Positions 30,296 through 39,383 of a stretch of DNA of 64,000 nucleotides are shown piece after piece. Every line of letters starts with the position of its first letter. Position 1 is the stretch's first letter. The notes below the pieces were generated by a model. That model was given only the letters and a program-made list of their open reading frames with translations. It made no database searches and had not been told where the DNA came from. Both the position numbers and the translations under genes were made by a program. Location: NCBI GenBank assembly GCA_038322045.1, contig JBBQFP010000002.1, forward strand, positions 34,326-98,325. Reading direction: 5' to 3'. Origin of the DNA: Actinomycetes bacterium. Its GTDB lineage: Bacteria > Actinomycetota > Actinomycetes > JBBQFP01.

Positions 30296-31830
30296 ACCGG
30301 GCTCCCCGTGTCGGCAGCGGCTCCGGTCGCCATGGCCTGCATGAGCGCCCCTTCATTGATGTCGTCACCAACGAGCTCGGCGACGGCGCGACCGTCCCGG
30401 AGCGTCACGACGCGGTCCGAGTTCGCGACGATCTCCTCGAGCTCCGAGGAGATGAGCAGCACGGCGAGCCCCTCGTCGGCGAGCTGGCGCACCAGCACCT
30501 GGATGTCTCGCTTGGCGCCGACGTCGATGCCCCGAGTTGGTTCATCAAGGATGAGCAGCTTCGGGTCTGTGCACAGCCAGCGCGCGAGCAGGACCTTCTG
30601 CTGGTTGCCGCCCGACAGCTCACGAATGGGCTGCTCGGGGCTCGAGCACTTGATTCCGATCGCCCCGATGAAGCGGTCGACGATCTCCGCCTGGCGATGC
30701 CGGTCCACGATGCCGTTGCGCCGCAGGTGCGGCAGCAGCGCGAGCGTCATGTTCTCGCGCACGGACAGCTGCGGGACGATGCCGTCCGTCTTGCGGTCCT
30801 CGGGGGAGAACCCGATCTTGTGCCGCACGGCGTCCCGCGGCGACTTGATGGTGACAGGCTGGCTGTCGACCTTGATCGTGCCCGAGTCCAGGGGGTCGGC
30901 ACCGAACACGGCCCGAGCCGTCTCGCTGCGACCAGACCCGAGGAGACCGGCAAGCCCGACGATCTCCCCGGACCGCACCGCCACGGACACCCCCTCGAGC
31001 GCGCGCCCGCGGTGCAGGTCGGTCGCCTCGAGCACCGGCACGCGGTCCTCGACGCCTGTCTGCACGGCCGAGCGCCGCTGCGAGAGCTCCTCGGCCAGCT
31101 CGCGTCCCAGCATCTTCGACACCAGCTCGTAGCGCGAGATCGCACTCATCGGGCGGTCCTCGAGCGTGTGGCCATCGCGCATGATCGTCACGCGGTCGCA
31201 GACGGCGTAGAGCTCGTCGAGCCGGTGCGAGACGAAGACGACCGAGATGCCGTCGGACCTCAGTCGCCGGATCACGTCGAACAGCGTCTTCACCTCGTGC
31301 TCGGCGAGTGCCGATGTCGGTTCGTCCATGATCACAAGCTTCGCCTCGGTGGAGAGCGCGCGCGCCAACGCCGTCATCTGCTGCGTGGCGATGGAGTACT
31401 CGTAGAGCGGACGCGTCACGTCGACCCGGATGTCCAATCGCTCCAACAGCGCGGCAGCGTCGGCGTTCATCCGCCGCCAGCTGATGGCGCCATAGCGCTT
31501 CGGTTCGCGGTTGAGGAACACGTTTTCGGCAACCGAGCGGAACGGGACGAGGTTGACCTCCTGGTAGATGGTCGACACGCCCGCCAGCTGCGCCGCGTGC
31601 GGCGAGTGGAACTCCACCTCGGCACCGTCGAGCTCGACGGTGCCCGAGTCGCGCCGGTAGACACCGGTGAGCACCTTGATGAGAGTCGACTTGCCGGCCC
31701 CGTTCTGGCCGATGAGTGCGTGGACCTCTCCACGCGCGACGTCGAGCGAGGCGTCGACGAGTGCGGGCACGCCGAGGAACTGCTTGTTGATGCCACGCAT
31801 CGACAGCAACAGCGGAGGCCGGTCACCCAC
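30292..31830 (-). CDS. sugar ABC transporter ATP-binding protein (tandem NBDs, RbsA-like)
   Basis: Two Walker A/ABC signature sets (GQNGAGKST ... LSGGNQQK). Confidence 0.85.
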   Translation of the reverse strand: MGDRPPLLLSMRGINKQFLGVPALVDASLDVARGEVHALIGQNGAGKSTLIKVLTGVYRRDSGTVELDGAEVEFHSPHAAQLAGVSTIYQEVNLVPFRSVAENVFLNREPKRYGAISWRRMNADAAALLERLDIRVDVTRPLYEYSIATQQMTALARALSTEAKLVIMDEPTSALAEHEVKTLFDVIRRLRSDGISVVFVSHRLDELYAVCDRVTIMRDGHTLEDRPMSAISRYELVSKMLGRELAEELSQRRSAVQTGVEDRVPVLEATDLHRGRALEGVSVAVRSGEIVGLAGLLGSGRSETARAVFGADPLDSGTIKVDSQPVTIKSPRDAVRHKIGFSPEDRKTDGIVPQLSVRENMTLALLPHLRRNGIVDRHRQAEIVDRFIGAIGIKCSSPEQPIRELSGGNQQKVLLARWLCTDPKLLILDEPTRGIDVGAKRDIQVLVRQLADEGLAVLLISSELEEIVANSDRVVTLRDGRAVAELVGDDINEGALMQAMATGAAADTGSPV

Positions 31831-31983
31831 GGCTCGTCCTTTCGGGGGGAGTCTTCTCGTGCAGGCGGTGAGCCGGGCGCGGCCACGACGGTCGCGCCCG
31901 GCTTTGGGCGTCAGGAGCTCTCGACGGGCTCGGCGCTCACCATGTCGAGCCCGGTGGACGTCAGCACCGTGACGACGCGACCG

Positions 31984-33126
31984 TCAGTACGCCTTGTCCA
32001 CGTTCTCTGCGGCGTTGTCCTTGGTGAACAGCTGGTCGGTGTTGATGATCAGCGTGGCAACGTCCTTGCCTTCGGCGTAGGCCTTCATGGTCTCGAAGGC
32101 CTTCGGACCGAAGCGCGGGCTGCACTCGACCGTGGCGTACATGTCACCGGCAGCGACGGCCTTGAGACCATCCTTCTCGCCGTCGATGGAGACGACCTGG
32201 ATGTCCTTGCCAGGAGTCTTGCCGATCGCCTTGATAGCGGCGATGGCACCCAGCGCCATCTCGTCGTTGTGGGCGTAGATGGCCGTGGCATCGGGGTGCG
32301 ACTGCAGCAGCGTCTCGGCGACCGACTGGCCCTTGGCACGGGTGAAGTCGGCATCCTGGGACACGATGACCTGCAGGTCGGGGCAGGCCTTGATGGCCTC
32401 GTCGAAGCCCTTCTTGCGGTCGATGGCCGGCGACGCGCCGGTGGTGCCCTCAAGCTCGATGATCTTCGCCTTGCCCTTGGTCGCCTTGGCCATCTGGACA
32501 GCTGCGCGCTTGCCCTCCTGCACGAAGTCGGACTGGATCACCGTGACGAAGTCCGTGCCCGGCTTGGCGATGTCTTGGCTGACGGCACGGTCGAGCAGGA
32601 ACACCGGGATCCCCGCCTTGCCGGCGTCCTTGATGACGTTGGCCATCTGCTCGGTGATCGGGGCGATGAAGATCGCGTCAGGCTTCTGCGCGATGAGACC
32701 CTTCATGTCCGCGATCTGCTTCGACTGCTGGTTGTTCGCGTCCGTGATGGTCAGCTTCACGCCCTGCTTGGCGGCCTCCGCCTTCATGCTCGCCGTCTCA
32801 GCGAGGCGCCACGGGTTGTTGCTGGCATTCTGGCTGAACGCGACGTTGTAGCTGCTCTTCTTCTGCAGCTTCGGGGCGTTCGCGGCCATCGCCACGCCCG
32901 AGGGAGCCTCGGAGTTGCCCGGGTCTTCCTGGTCGACCAAGGCGCAGCTGCCGCTCCCGGTACCGCCTGTAGCGGTGCTGGGAGCGACACTGGCCGGTCC
33001 GCCCGAGCTGGCGCTCGGAGCGGCGGCGGCGTTGCCCGAGCCGGAGCTCGAGCTGCCGCATCCCGTGAGAAGTCCCACGGACAGCACGGCGATGCCGGCG
33101 ACGGGGGTGAGCTTGCGAATGATCAC
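31984..33126 (-). CDS. periplasmic sugar-binding lipoprotein (ABC substrate-binding, RbsB-like)
   Basis: GTG start with a GGGAGGA RBS. Lipoprotein signal (IIRKLTPVAGIAVLSVGLLTGC lipobox). Periplasmic-binding-protein fold motifs. Confidence 0.8.
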   Translation of the reverse strand: MIIRKLTPVAGIAVLSVGLLTGCGSSSSGSGNAAAAPSASSGGPASVAPSTATGGTGSGSCALVDQEDPGNSEAPSGVAMAANAPKLQKKSSYNVAFSQNASNNPWRLAETASMKAEAAKQGVKLTITDANNQQSKQIADMKGLIAQKPDAIFIAPITEQMANVIKDAGKAGIPVFLLDRAVSQDIAKPGTDFVTVIQSDFVQEGKRAAVQMAKATKGKAKIIELEGTTGASPAIDRKKGFDEAIKACPDLQVIVSQDADFTRAKGQSVAETLLQSHPDATAIYAHNDEMALGAIAAIKAIGKTPGKDIQVVSIDGEKDGLKAVAAGDMYATVECSPRFGPKAFETMKAYAEGKDVATLIINTDQLFTKDNAAENVDKAY

Positions 33127-33377
33127 GTGGTCCTCCCACACGGAGTCGTCCCGCTCGATGTTCGACGGGAGCCTGACGCCCGCGGGGCAACGTCCCAAGG
33201 AGTGGGATGCGTTCCCGCGAACTGGCACGCAGTATTGACCCGTCTCGCGCAGGACGGGAAGGGGTTTGTGCCGGGAAATGTGCGCCCCGAGGACACAACT
33301 TGGTAACGGGCCTCACCCGACCGAGGTCAGGCACCTGCTGCGTCCTCGCCGGCGTTGATGGCCTGCGCCGCAGGTCA

Positions 33378-34475
33378 TCACCGCTGCACCCGTGCCCCCG
33401 CACCCCGAACCAGCGCCTCCACCTCGGCGAGAGTTGCCATGGAGGTGTCCCCCGGCGTCGTCATGGCCAGGGCGCCGTGGGCCGCGCCGTACTCGAGGGC
33501 CAGGGCGACGTCGCCCTTCTCCATGAGCCCGTAGACCAGGCCGGAGGCAAAGCTGTCGCCGCCGCCGACGCGATCGAGGATCGCGAGCTCCGGTCGCCGG
33601 GTCGCCTCGACGAACCCGCCCTCCGCCCAGGCCACCGCGCCCCAGTCGTTGACCGAGGCGGTCCGAACGCCGCGAAGCGTCGTCGCGACCACTCGCAGGT
33701 TGCCGAACTCAGCTGTCACCGCGTCGATCATGCGACGGAAGTTCGCGACGTCGAGGGCCGTGAGGCCGGGCTCGGTGTCGGGCACCTCGAAGCCGAGCGC
33801 GGCGGTGAAGTCCTCCTCGTTTCCCAGCATGACGTCGACGTAGCGCGCCAGCCGCCGGTTCACCTCGCAAGCGCGCTCCTGACCGCCGAAGCTGCGCCAG
33901 AGGCTCGGACGGTAGTTGAGGTCGTAGGACACGACGGTGCCGTGCCGGCGAGCTGACTTCATGGCCTCCTCGACGACCTCGGGCGTGGTCTCGGAGAGCG
34001 CGGCGAAGATGCCGCCGGTGTGAAACCACCGGACCCCGAGTGTCCCGAACAGGTGCTCCCAGTCCACGTCCCCTGCCCGCAGCTGGCTCGCGGCTGTGTG
34101 CCCGCGGTCGGAGACCCCAAGCGCCCCCCGCACGCCGAAGCCCCGCTCGGTGAAGTTGAGGCCGTTGCGGACCGAGCGCCCCAGCCCGTCGTAGGGCACC
34201 CAGCGCACGTGCGAGAGGTCCATCCCACCCTGGAGCATGCAGTCCTCGACGAGCCGGCCTACGGCGTTGTCAGCGAGCGCCGTCACGATGGCCGCTCGCA
34301 GGCCAAAGCAGCGCCGCAGCCCGCGGGCGACGTTGTACTCTCCGCCGCCCTCCCACACTGTGAAGGACCGCGTGGTGCGGATGCGGAGGTCACCCGGGTC
34401 GAGGCGGAGCATGACCTCGCCGAGCGAGACCACGTCGTAGCGGCAGTCGGTGGCGGGACGAATCTCGAGCGGCAC
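33378..34475 (-). CDS. kdgK: 2-dehydro-3-deoxygluconokinase (PfkB family), second copy
   Basis: YDVVSLGEVMLRL N-terminus and DRVGGGDSF motif. GTG start with an AAGGGAG RBS at 34475. The rest of the 614 aa track ORF is read-through. Confidence 0.8.
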   Translation of the reverse strand: MPLEIRPATDCRYDVVSLGEVMLRLDPGDLRIRTTRSFTVWEGGGEYNVARGLRRCFGLRAAIVTALADNAVGRLVEDCMLQGGMDLSHVRWVPYDGLGRSVRNGLNFTERGFGVRGALGVSDRGHTAASQLRAGDVDWEHLFGTLGVRWFHTGGIFAALSETTPEVVEEAMKSARRHGTVVSYDLNYRPSLWRSFGGQERACEVNRRLARYVDVMLGNEEDFTAALGFEVPDTEPGLTALDVANFRRMIDAVTAEFGNLRVVATTLRGVRTASVNDWGAVAWAEGGFVEATRRPELAILDRVGGGDSFASGLVYGLMEKGDVALALEYGAAHGALAMTTPGDTSMATLAEVEALVRGAGARVQR

Positions 34476-34516
34476 GGCAGGCTCCCTTGGATCGGCTGGA
34501 GACGGCAGGACGGCGG

Positions 34517-35170
34517 TCACGAGCGGGTGGCTGCGGCCACGAGCGCGACGGCCTCCGCGGTGAGCTGCGTGACCTCGTCGAACCTGCCCGAGGACACCAG
34601 AGCCTTGGAGACCATCCATGTGCCTCCGACGGCGAGAACCTGCGGCAGCGCGAGGTAGTCGGGGAGGTTCGCCGCAGTCACCCCGCCCGTCGGGATGAAG
34701 CGGACCATGGAGTACGGCGCGCTCATCGCCTTGAGCGCGGCGACTCCGCCAAATGTGCCGGCGGGGAAGAACTTCACGACGTCGAGCCCCGCGTCCAGCG
34801 CCATCTGGATCTCCGTCGGCGTCGCGATGCCCGGGAACACCGGCAGGCCACGGTCGTGGCAGGCGCGGACCACGGCAGGTGAGAACCCCGGCGTGACGAT
34901 GTAGCGAGCCCCCGCTGCAAGAGCGCGATCCACCTGCTCCACGCGGGTGACGGTGCCGGCCCCGACCAGGATGTCGGGGTCCTCGACCATGTTGCGGATA
35001 GCTGCCTCGGCTGCCGTGGTTCGGAAGGTGACTTCGGCCACGACGAGGCCACCGGCCTTCAGAGCGGCAGCGAGCGGCGCGGCCGCCGCAGCGTCGTCCA
35101 GCACGATGACCGGCACCAGCCGCGCCGCCGCGAGAGCAGAGGTGATGGGATGAGTCTCGTCTACCGGCAT
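34517..35170 (-). CDS. eda: KDPG aldolase, second copy
   Basis: 217 aa Eda (VKFFPA, PTGGV). Confidence 0.85.
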   Translation of the reverse strand: MPVDETHPITSALAAARLVPVIVLDDAAAAAPLAAALKAGGLVVAEVTFRTTAAEAAIRNMVEDPDILVGAGTVTRVEQVDRALAAGARYIVTPGFSPAVVRACHDRGLPVFPGIATPTEIQMALDAGLDVVKFFPAGTFGGVAALKAMSAPYSMVRFIPTGGVTAANLPDYLALPQVLAVGGTWMVSKALVSSGRFDEVTQLTAEAVALVAAATRS

Positions 35171-35392
35171 GTCTCACACGCTCCTTCGAACCGCGCGTGC
35201 GGACACGTCGCGTCCTTTCCAAGCCGCGCGGTCGGGCCGAGGCTAGCGCGGGTATGCCCCGAATGGGACCGCGTCCCAGAACGAGGGACGCGGGACCGAC
35301 GAGTGCACAATCCGCGTCGCGCTGAGCCGCGGACCGAGGTGGCCACGCTCGTCGTCTGGACCCACCCAGGGATCGGCCGCCGAGGAGCTCCC

Positions 35393-35692
35393 ATGACGAC
35401 GCAGCCGCCAGGTGGCACGTTCCCCCTCGCCGACGACCTCACCGTGAGCCGCTTGGGCTACGGCGCGGCCCGCACACCATCAACGAGGTCATCAGGGAAG
35501 CCCAGCACCCCTTCCCCGAGGACCGCACGCAGACGACCGGCGCGACGGACTGAGCCTGGTCGAGCTGGGTCGGGGTGACGGTGCTGACGCCGAGGCATCT
35601 ACAGGCAGAACATCGCCGCCGGCTCGCTGACCCTTCCTGACGACGCCGTCGCCGAGCTCGACGCCATCGGACGTCCACAGGATGCCGCATGA
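35393..35692 (+). pseudogene. aldo/keto reductase remnant (large internal deletion plus frameshifts)
   Basis: An AKR-like N-terminus (ATG 35393 with a GAGGAG RBS) and a typical AKR C-terminus (NIAAGSLTLPDDAVAELDAIG) lie only about 300 nt apart, in different frames. Confidence 0.45.
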
Positions 35693-35872
35693 CGACGCAG
35701 CCGCACGTTGGGGCGTGCGGTTCCCCCGTAGGTCCCGGGAGCGCGTCGTGCGCGGCACTGGTGTGCGCCGGGCTGATCTCGGTGCTGCTCTTCCCGATGG
35801 CGGCCCTTCTCTGTTTCCTCCGGCGCAGAAGTGTCTCGGCGTACTGGTTCACAGTGCCTTGTCTGCAACGGG

Positions 35873-36583
35873 TCAGCGAGTCGCGTGCGCGTAGGGGGCC
35901 CCGACGATCCAGCCGCCGATGTCGTCCGGGTCCTCCGTGCTCGTGACGGTCCGGACGGGATCCCCGACGGAGACGAGTCCTGGGCGGATCACCCAGCAGT
36001 TGAGGGCGAGCTCGCCGCCGAACACGTCCCGGATGCGTCGCAGCACGGAAAGGTCCTGGGCGCCTGTATCGGGGTCGATCGTGGTGACGACGCATCGCTG
36101 CCGAACGGAGTGCACCCCGACCAGAACGTCACCGATCTGGAGGGCGCGTCCAGGCAGTTCCGGTTCGAGGTCGGCGTCGACGCCGGACAGCACGATGTTG
36201 GGTCGCAGTCGTCGCACGTCATGGCCGAACCGTGCGACGGCGCCGTCCGTGGCGACGAGGAGGTTGAGGATGTCGAACCGGTGAGGGCTGGGGTCTGCCA
36301 CCAGGCGCGCCCCGTTGCGGCCGTGTTCCGCGATGATCTGCGCGGCTTCCTCCGAGTCCCACCGGTGGCCGTCGACCATCGGGACACCGTCCTGGCCGGT
36401 CCAGGCGGGCACCGTGAGCAGGCCGTTGCGGGTGCGGCCCGTGAGCGGTCCATTCGGGCCGGCGACGTGGACGATGCGGTCCCCCGGAATCCCGTCGAGC
36501 GTCAGCTCGGCGGACTCCAACGGCTCCCCGCGCAGCGACTTGACGGGATAGCGCCAGAGCTGCGAGATGTGCACGTCGTTCAT
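35873..36583 (-). CDS. MOSC domain protein
   Basis: MOSC N-terminal beta-barrel plus MOSC domain (ISQLWRYPVKS, conserved Cys region). Start at MNDVHIS. Confidence 0.7.
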   Translation of the reverse strand: MNDVHISQLWRYPVKSLRGEPLESAELTLDGIPGDRIVHVAGPNGPLTGRTRNGLLTVPAWTGQDGVPMVDGHRWDSEEAAQIIAEHGRNGARLVADPSPHRFDILNLLVATDGAVARFGHDVRRLRPNIVLSGVDADLEPELPGRALQIGDVLVGVHSVRQRCVVTTIDPDTGAQDLSVLRRIRDVFGGELALNCWVIRPGLVSVGDPVRTVTSTEDPDDIGGWIVGAPYAHATR

Positions 36584-36834
36584 CGTGATCTCCCGTTTCC
36601 GCTGTGCCATGACCGCATGCCCTCGAACTGTCGAGCCCCGCCCACCTGCGAGGTCGCAGGGTCGGTCGGTTCGGCATGTCCGGACTCCTCAGAAGCCTCG
36701 ATGAGCCACCGGTATTCCTCCCGGCAAGCCGGACAGCTCAACAGGTGCACTGCCAACCTGCGGTGGGTGCGCCCTCCGGATCTCCGCCGGCGAGCTGTTC
36801 GTTCACCTACTCGTGAAGCAGGGAGAACACCGCG

Positions 36835-37020
36835 TCACATCCTGGAGCCGACGTCGCGGAGCACGGACGCGCATCCGGCCCGAGCAGTCTTCCTCGCGGC
36901 TTTCGTCGAGCGTCGAACAGCAACCAGTCGAGCAGTCAGCTGCTCCCACGTGGCGTCGTCCCAGGTCGCGCGGCGCTCGCGCCAGAAGTGTCGGCCCATC
37001 TTCGTGGAGACCTCGAACAT
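36835..37020 (-). CDS. small hypothetical ORF in a lower-GC spacer
   Basis: 61 aa ORF. This is the only candidate in the about 1 kb region between the MOSC gene and eat. Weak support. Confidence 0.2.
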   Translation of the reverse strand: MFEVSTKMGRHFWRERRATWDDATWEQLTARLVAVRRSTKAARKTARAGCASVLRDVGSRM

Positions 37021-37571
37021 GGCCGAGTCTGAATGATGGTCGGGTTGGGAGTTGCTCGGCCGCCCGTGGGCGTACGGGAACCGCCGGGTCTGCCGGCTTC
37101 TCCGAGGTCCTGGTTGTCAGGCCGGGCGGTGCTGTTCATCAGCGCATCGGGATCGCGACGATCGTGTCCAGAGCGGCGGTGGTCATGGCCACCGCCCAGG
37201 GCCAGTTCGGGGTCAGCGCGAGCCAGGCGGCGTTGGCCCTGCAGGCGACGTGCTCGAGATCGAGGCCGACCACCGCCGGCGCGCCGTCATCGATGCTGTC
37301 GACACCGGCGAGCTTCGACCCCCTGCGCAACGACATGGGCGCCGGCTTGGCCAACCCGTCCGAGGACGGCGGCTGGGACACGACGAGATCAAAACACGAC
37401 GAACCGGACTTCACGATCGACCCGCCGACACGCCAACCATCAGGCCCCCAACCGACCCCGGAGCCGATGACCTATCCAGTCACCTGAACCAGTGAAGGTC
37501 TTAGGTCCCGACTTGGTCGCCCGACTGTTGAACTCCGCTCGACCGAGGTCTAAGTTCCGCAAGCAACGACA

Positions 37572-37584
37572 CCTCACCGTGAGG
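37572..37584 (+). promoter_or_regulatory. perfect 6-bp inverted repeat (CCTCAC-c-GTGAGG) in the eat 5-prime leader, 23 nt upstream of the start
   Basis: Seen directly. Imperfect direct repeats (AGGTCTTAGGTCCCG / AGGTCTAAGTTCCG) at 37495-37560 precede it. Candidate operator or leader hairpin. Confidence 0.3.
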
Positions 37585-37606
37585 TGGCAGCGGCGGAAGG
37601 TCGCCC

Positions 37607-39061
37607 ATGGCCAGAACGACGCACACGACTGGCTCACAGGCTGTCGAGTACGACATCGAGGGCCGCGAGTACTTCGAGAAGCGAGAGCTGCGAGGCGGCG
37701 TCGCTGGCTGGCTGCTCCTCGCGGGGCTTGGGGTGGCCTACGTCATCTCGGGGGACTTCGCCGGGTGGAACTTCGGCTTGGAGCAGGGCGGTTGGGGTGG
37801 CCTGCTCGTGGCGACCATCCTCATGGCGACCATGTACCTCTTCATGGTTTTCGGCCTCGCCGAGCTATCCTCGACGATCTCCACCGCCGGTGGCGGCTAC
37901 GCATTCGCCCGGCGCGCCATGGGCCCCTGGGGCGGTTTCCTCACCGGCACCGCGATCCTCATCGAGTACGCGATCGCGCCGGCCGCCATCGCCAACTTCA
38001 TCGGGGCGTACGTCAACTCGCTGACCAACCGGGAGGTCCCCGGCTGGATCGTCTTCCTGGCGTTCTACGCGCTGTTCGTGGGCCTGCACCTCTACGGCGT
38101 CGGCGAGGCGCTCAAGCTGATGTTCGTCATCACGGCGATCGCTGTCGTGGCGCTGGTGGTCTTCGTGGTCGCGGCCGCCGTCAAGTTCGACCCGTCGAAC
38201 CTGCTGAACATCCCGAAGACCGACGCGGTGGGGGCCAGCTCGTTCCTGCCGTTCGGCGTGATCGGGATCTGGGCGGCGCTCCCTTACGCGATCTGGTTCT
38301 TCCTCGCCGTCGAGGGCGTGCCGATGGCCGCCGAGGAGACCAAGAATCCCGCCAAGGACATGCCCAAGGGAATCATCGTCGCGATGCTGGCTCTGCTGGT
38401 GTTCGCAGCGGCAGTCCTCACGACCGCGCCCGGCGCAGCCGGCTCGGAGTTCCTGCGCACATCCGGCAACCCGCTGGTCGAGGCGCTCGAAGCCCCGAAG
38501 GCGTACGGCGGGCAGAACTTCGTCAGCCAGTTCATCAACCTGGTCGGCCTGCTCGGGCTCATCGCGAGCTTCTTCTCGATCATCTACGGCTACTCCCGGC
38601 AGACCTTCGCGCTCTCCCGCGCCGGGTACCTGCCGAAGATCCTCTCGATCACCGGTCGACGCAAGACCCCGTTCCTCGCCCTCATTGTGCCCGGGATCAT
38701 CGGGTTCGTCATGGCCGTCTTCAACCAGGGCGACCTGCTCATCCTCGTGGCGGTCTTTGGTGCGACGATCTCCTACATCATGATGACGCTGTCGCACATC
38801 GTGCTCCGGAAGAGGGAGCCCGACCTGCCGCGGCCCTACCGCACGCCTGGCGGCGTCGTCACCACCGGCATCGCATGCGTCCTCGCCTGCATCGCGCTCG
38901 TTTCGGGTGCGCTGGTGGACCCGCGTGTCTTCTGGATCACAGCGGCCGTCTACGTGCTGGCGATCGCGTACTTCGCCCTCTACAGCCGTCACCACATCGT
39001 GGGGTCGGCCCCGGAGGAGGAGTTCGCGCTCATCGAGTCGGCGGAGGCCGAGCTCAACTGA
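37607..39061 (+). CDS. eat: ethanolamine permease (APC family)
   Basis: 484 aa, 12-TM APC transporter of the Eat type. GGAAGG RBS. First gene of the eut cluster. Confidence 0.8.
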   Translation: MARTTHTTGSQAVEYDIEGREYFEKRELRGGVAGWLLLAGLGVAYVISGDFAGWNFGLEQGGWGGLLVATILMATMYLFMVFGLAELSSTISTAGGGYAFARRAMGPWGGFLTGTAILIEYAIAPAAIANFIGAYVNSLTNREVPGWIVFLAFYALFVGLHLYGVGEALKLMFVITAIAVVALVVFVVAAAVKFDPSNLLNIPKTDAVGASSFLPFGVIGIWAALPYAIWFFLAVEGVPMAAEETKNPAKDMPKGIIVAMLALLVFAAAVLTTAPGAAGSEFLRTSGNPLVEALEAPKAYGGQNFVSQFINLVGLLGLIASFFSIIYGYSRQTFALSRAGYLPKILSITGRRKTPFLALIVPGIIGFVMAVFNQGDLLILVAVFGATISYIMMTLSHIVLRKREPDLPRPYRTPGGVVTTGIACVLACIALVSGALVDPRVFWITAAVYVLAIAYFALYSRHHIVGSAPEEEFALIESAEAELN

Positions 39062-39091
39062 TCCCCACAACGCCACGACGAAAGGGTCCGC

Positions 39092-39382
39092 ATGCTGATC
39101 GCGAGAGTCCGCGGCTCCGCCGTGTCGACCGTCAAGGAACGCAGCCTGGTGGGGCACAAGTTGCTGCTCGTGCAGGAGGCGACGGAGTGCGACGAGCTGA
39201 TCGGCCGGACGTTCGTCGCCGTCGACGGTGTCGGCGCGGGCACCGGCGAGCTCGTGCTCATCGCCACGGGGAGCGCCGCGCGCCACGGGGAGCGCACGCA
39301 GGACCAACCGGTCGATGCGCTCGTCATCGGCATCCTCGACTCGATGGACGTGGACGGTCAGACCACGTTCCGAAAGAGCTGA
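39092..39382 (+). CDS. eutN: BMC vertex protein (BMC-P, EutN/CcmL family)
   Basis: 96 aa, MLIARV...GSAV..K...G.KLLLV...VAVD.VGAG.GE.VL...GSAAR pattern of the EutN/PduN pentamer family. Confidence 0.85.
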   Translation: MLIARVRGSAVSTVKERSLVGHKLLLVQEATECDELIGRTFVAVDGVGAGTGELVLIATGSAARHGERTQDQPVDALVIGILDSMDVDGQTTFRKS

Positions 39383-39383
39383 C

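Noticed and set aside
30178-33306. 1042-aa plus-strand ORF
   Set aside because: Antisense to the ABC ATPase and the SBP genes, which have clear motifs. Low-complexity R/G/A/D-rich translation.
33378-35222. 614-aa ORF read as a single fusion protein
   Set aside because: Only the C-terminal 365 aa (from GTG 34475 with an AAGGGAG RBS) is KdgK. The upstream part overlaps eda in another frame and is read-through caused by GC-rich codon bias.
35439-36095. 218-aa minus-strand ORF overlapping the MOSC gene 3-prime end
   Set aside because: Arg-rich low-complexity translation. It overlaps the better-supported MOSC CDS and the AKR remnant.
37440-37606. Possible cobalamin riboswitch in the eat leader
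   Set aside because: No B12-box-like GCCACTG core or other recognisable riboswitch consensus is seen by eye. Only a short palindrome and direct repeats are present. Left as unknown pending an Infernal scan.
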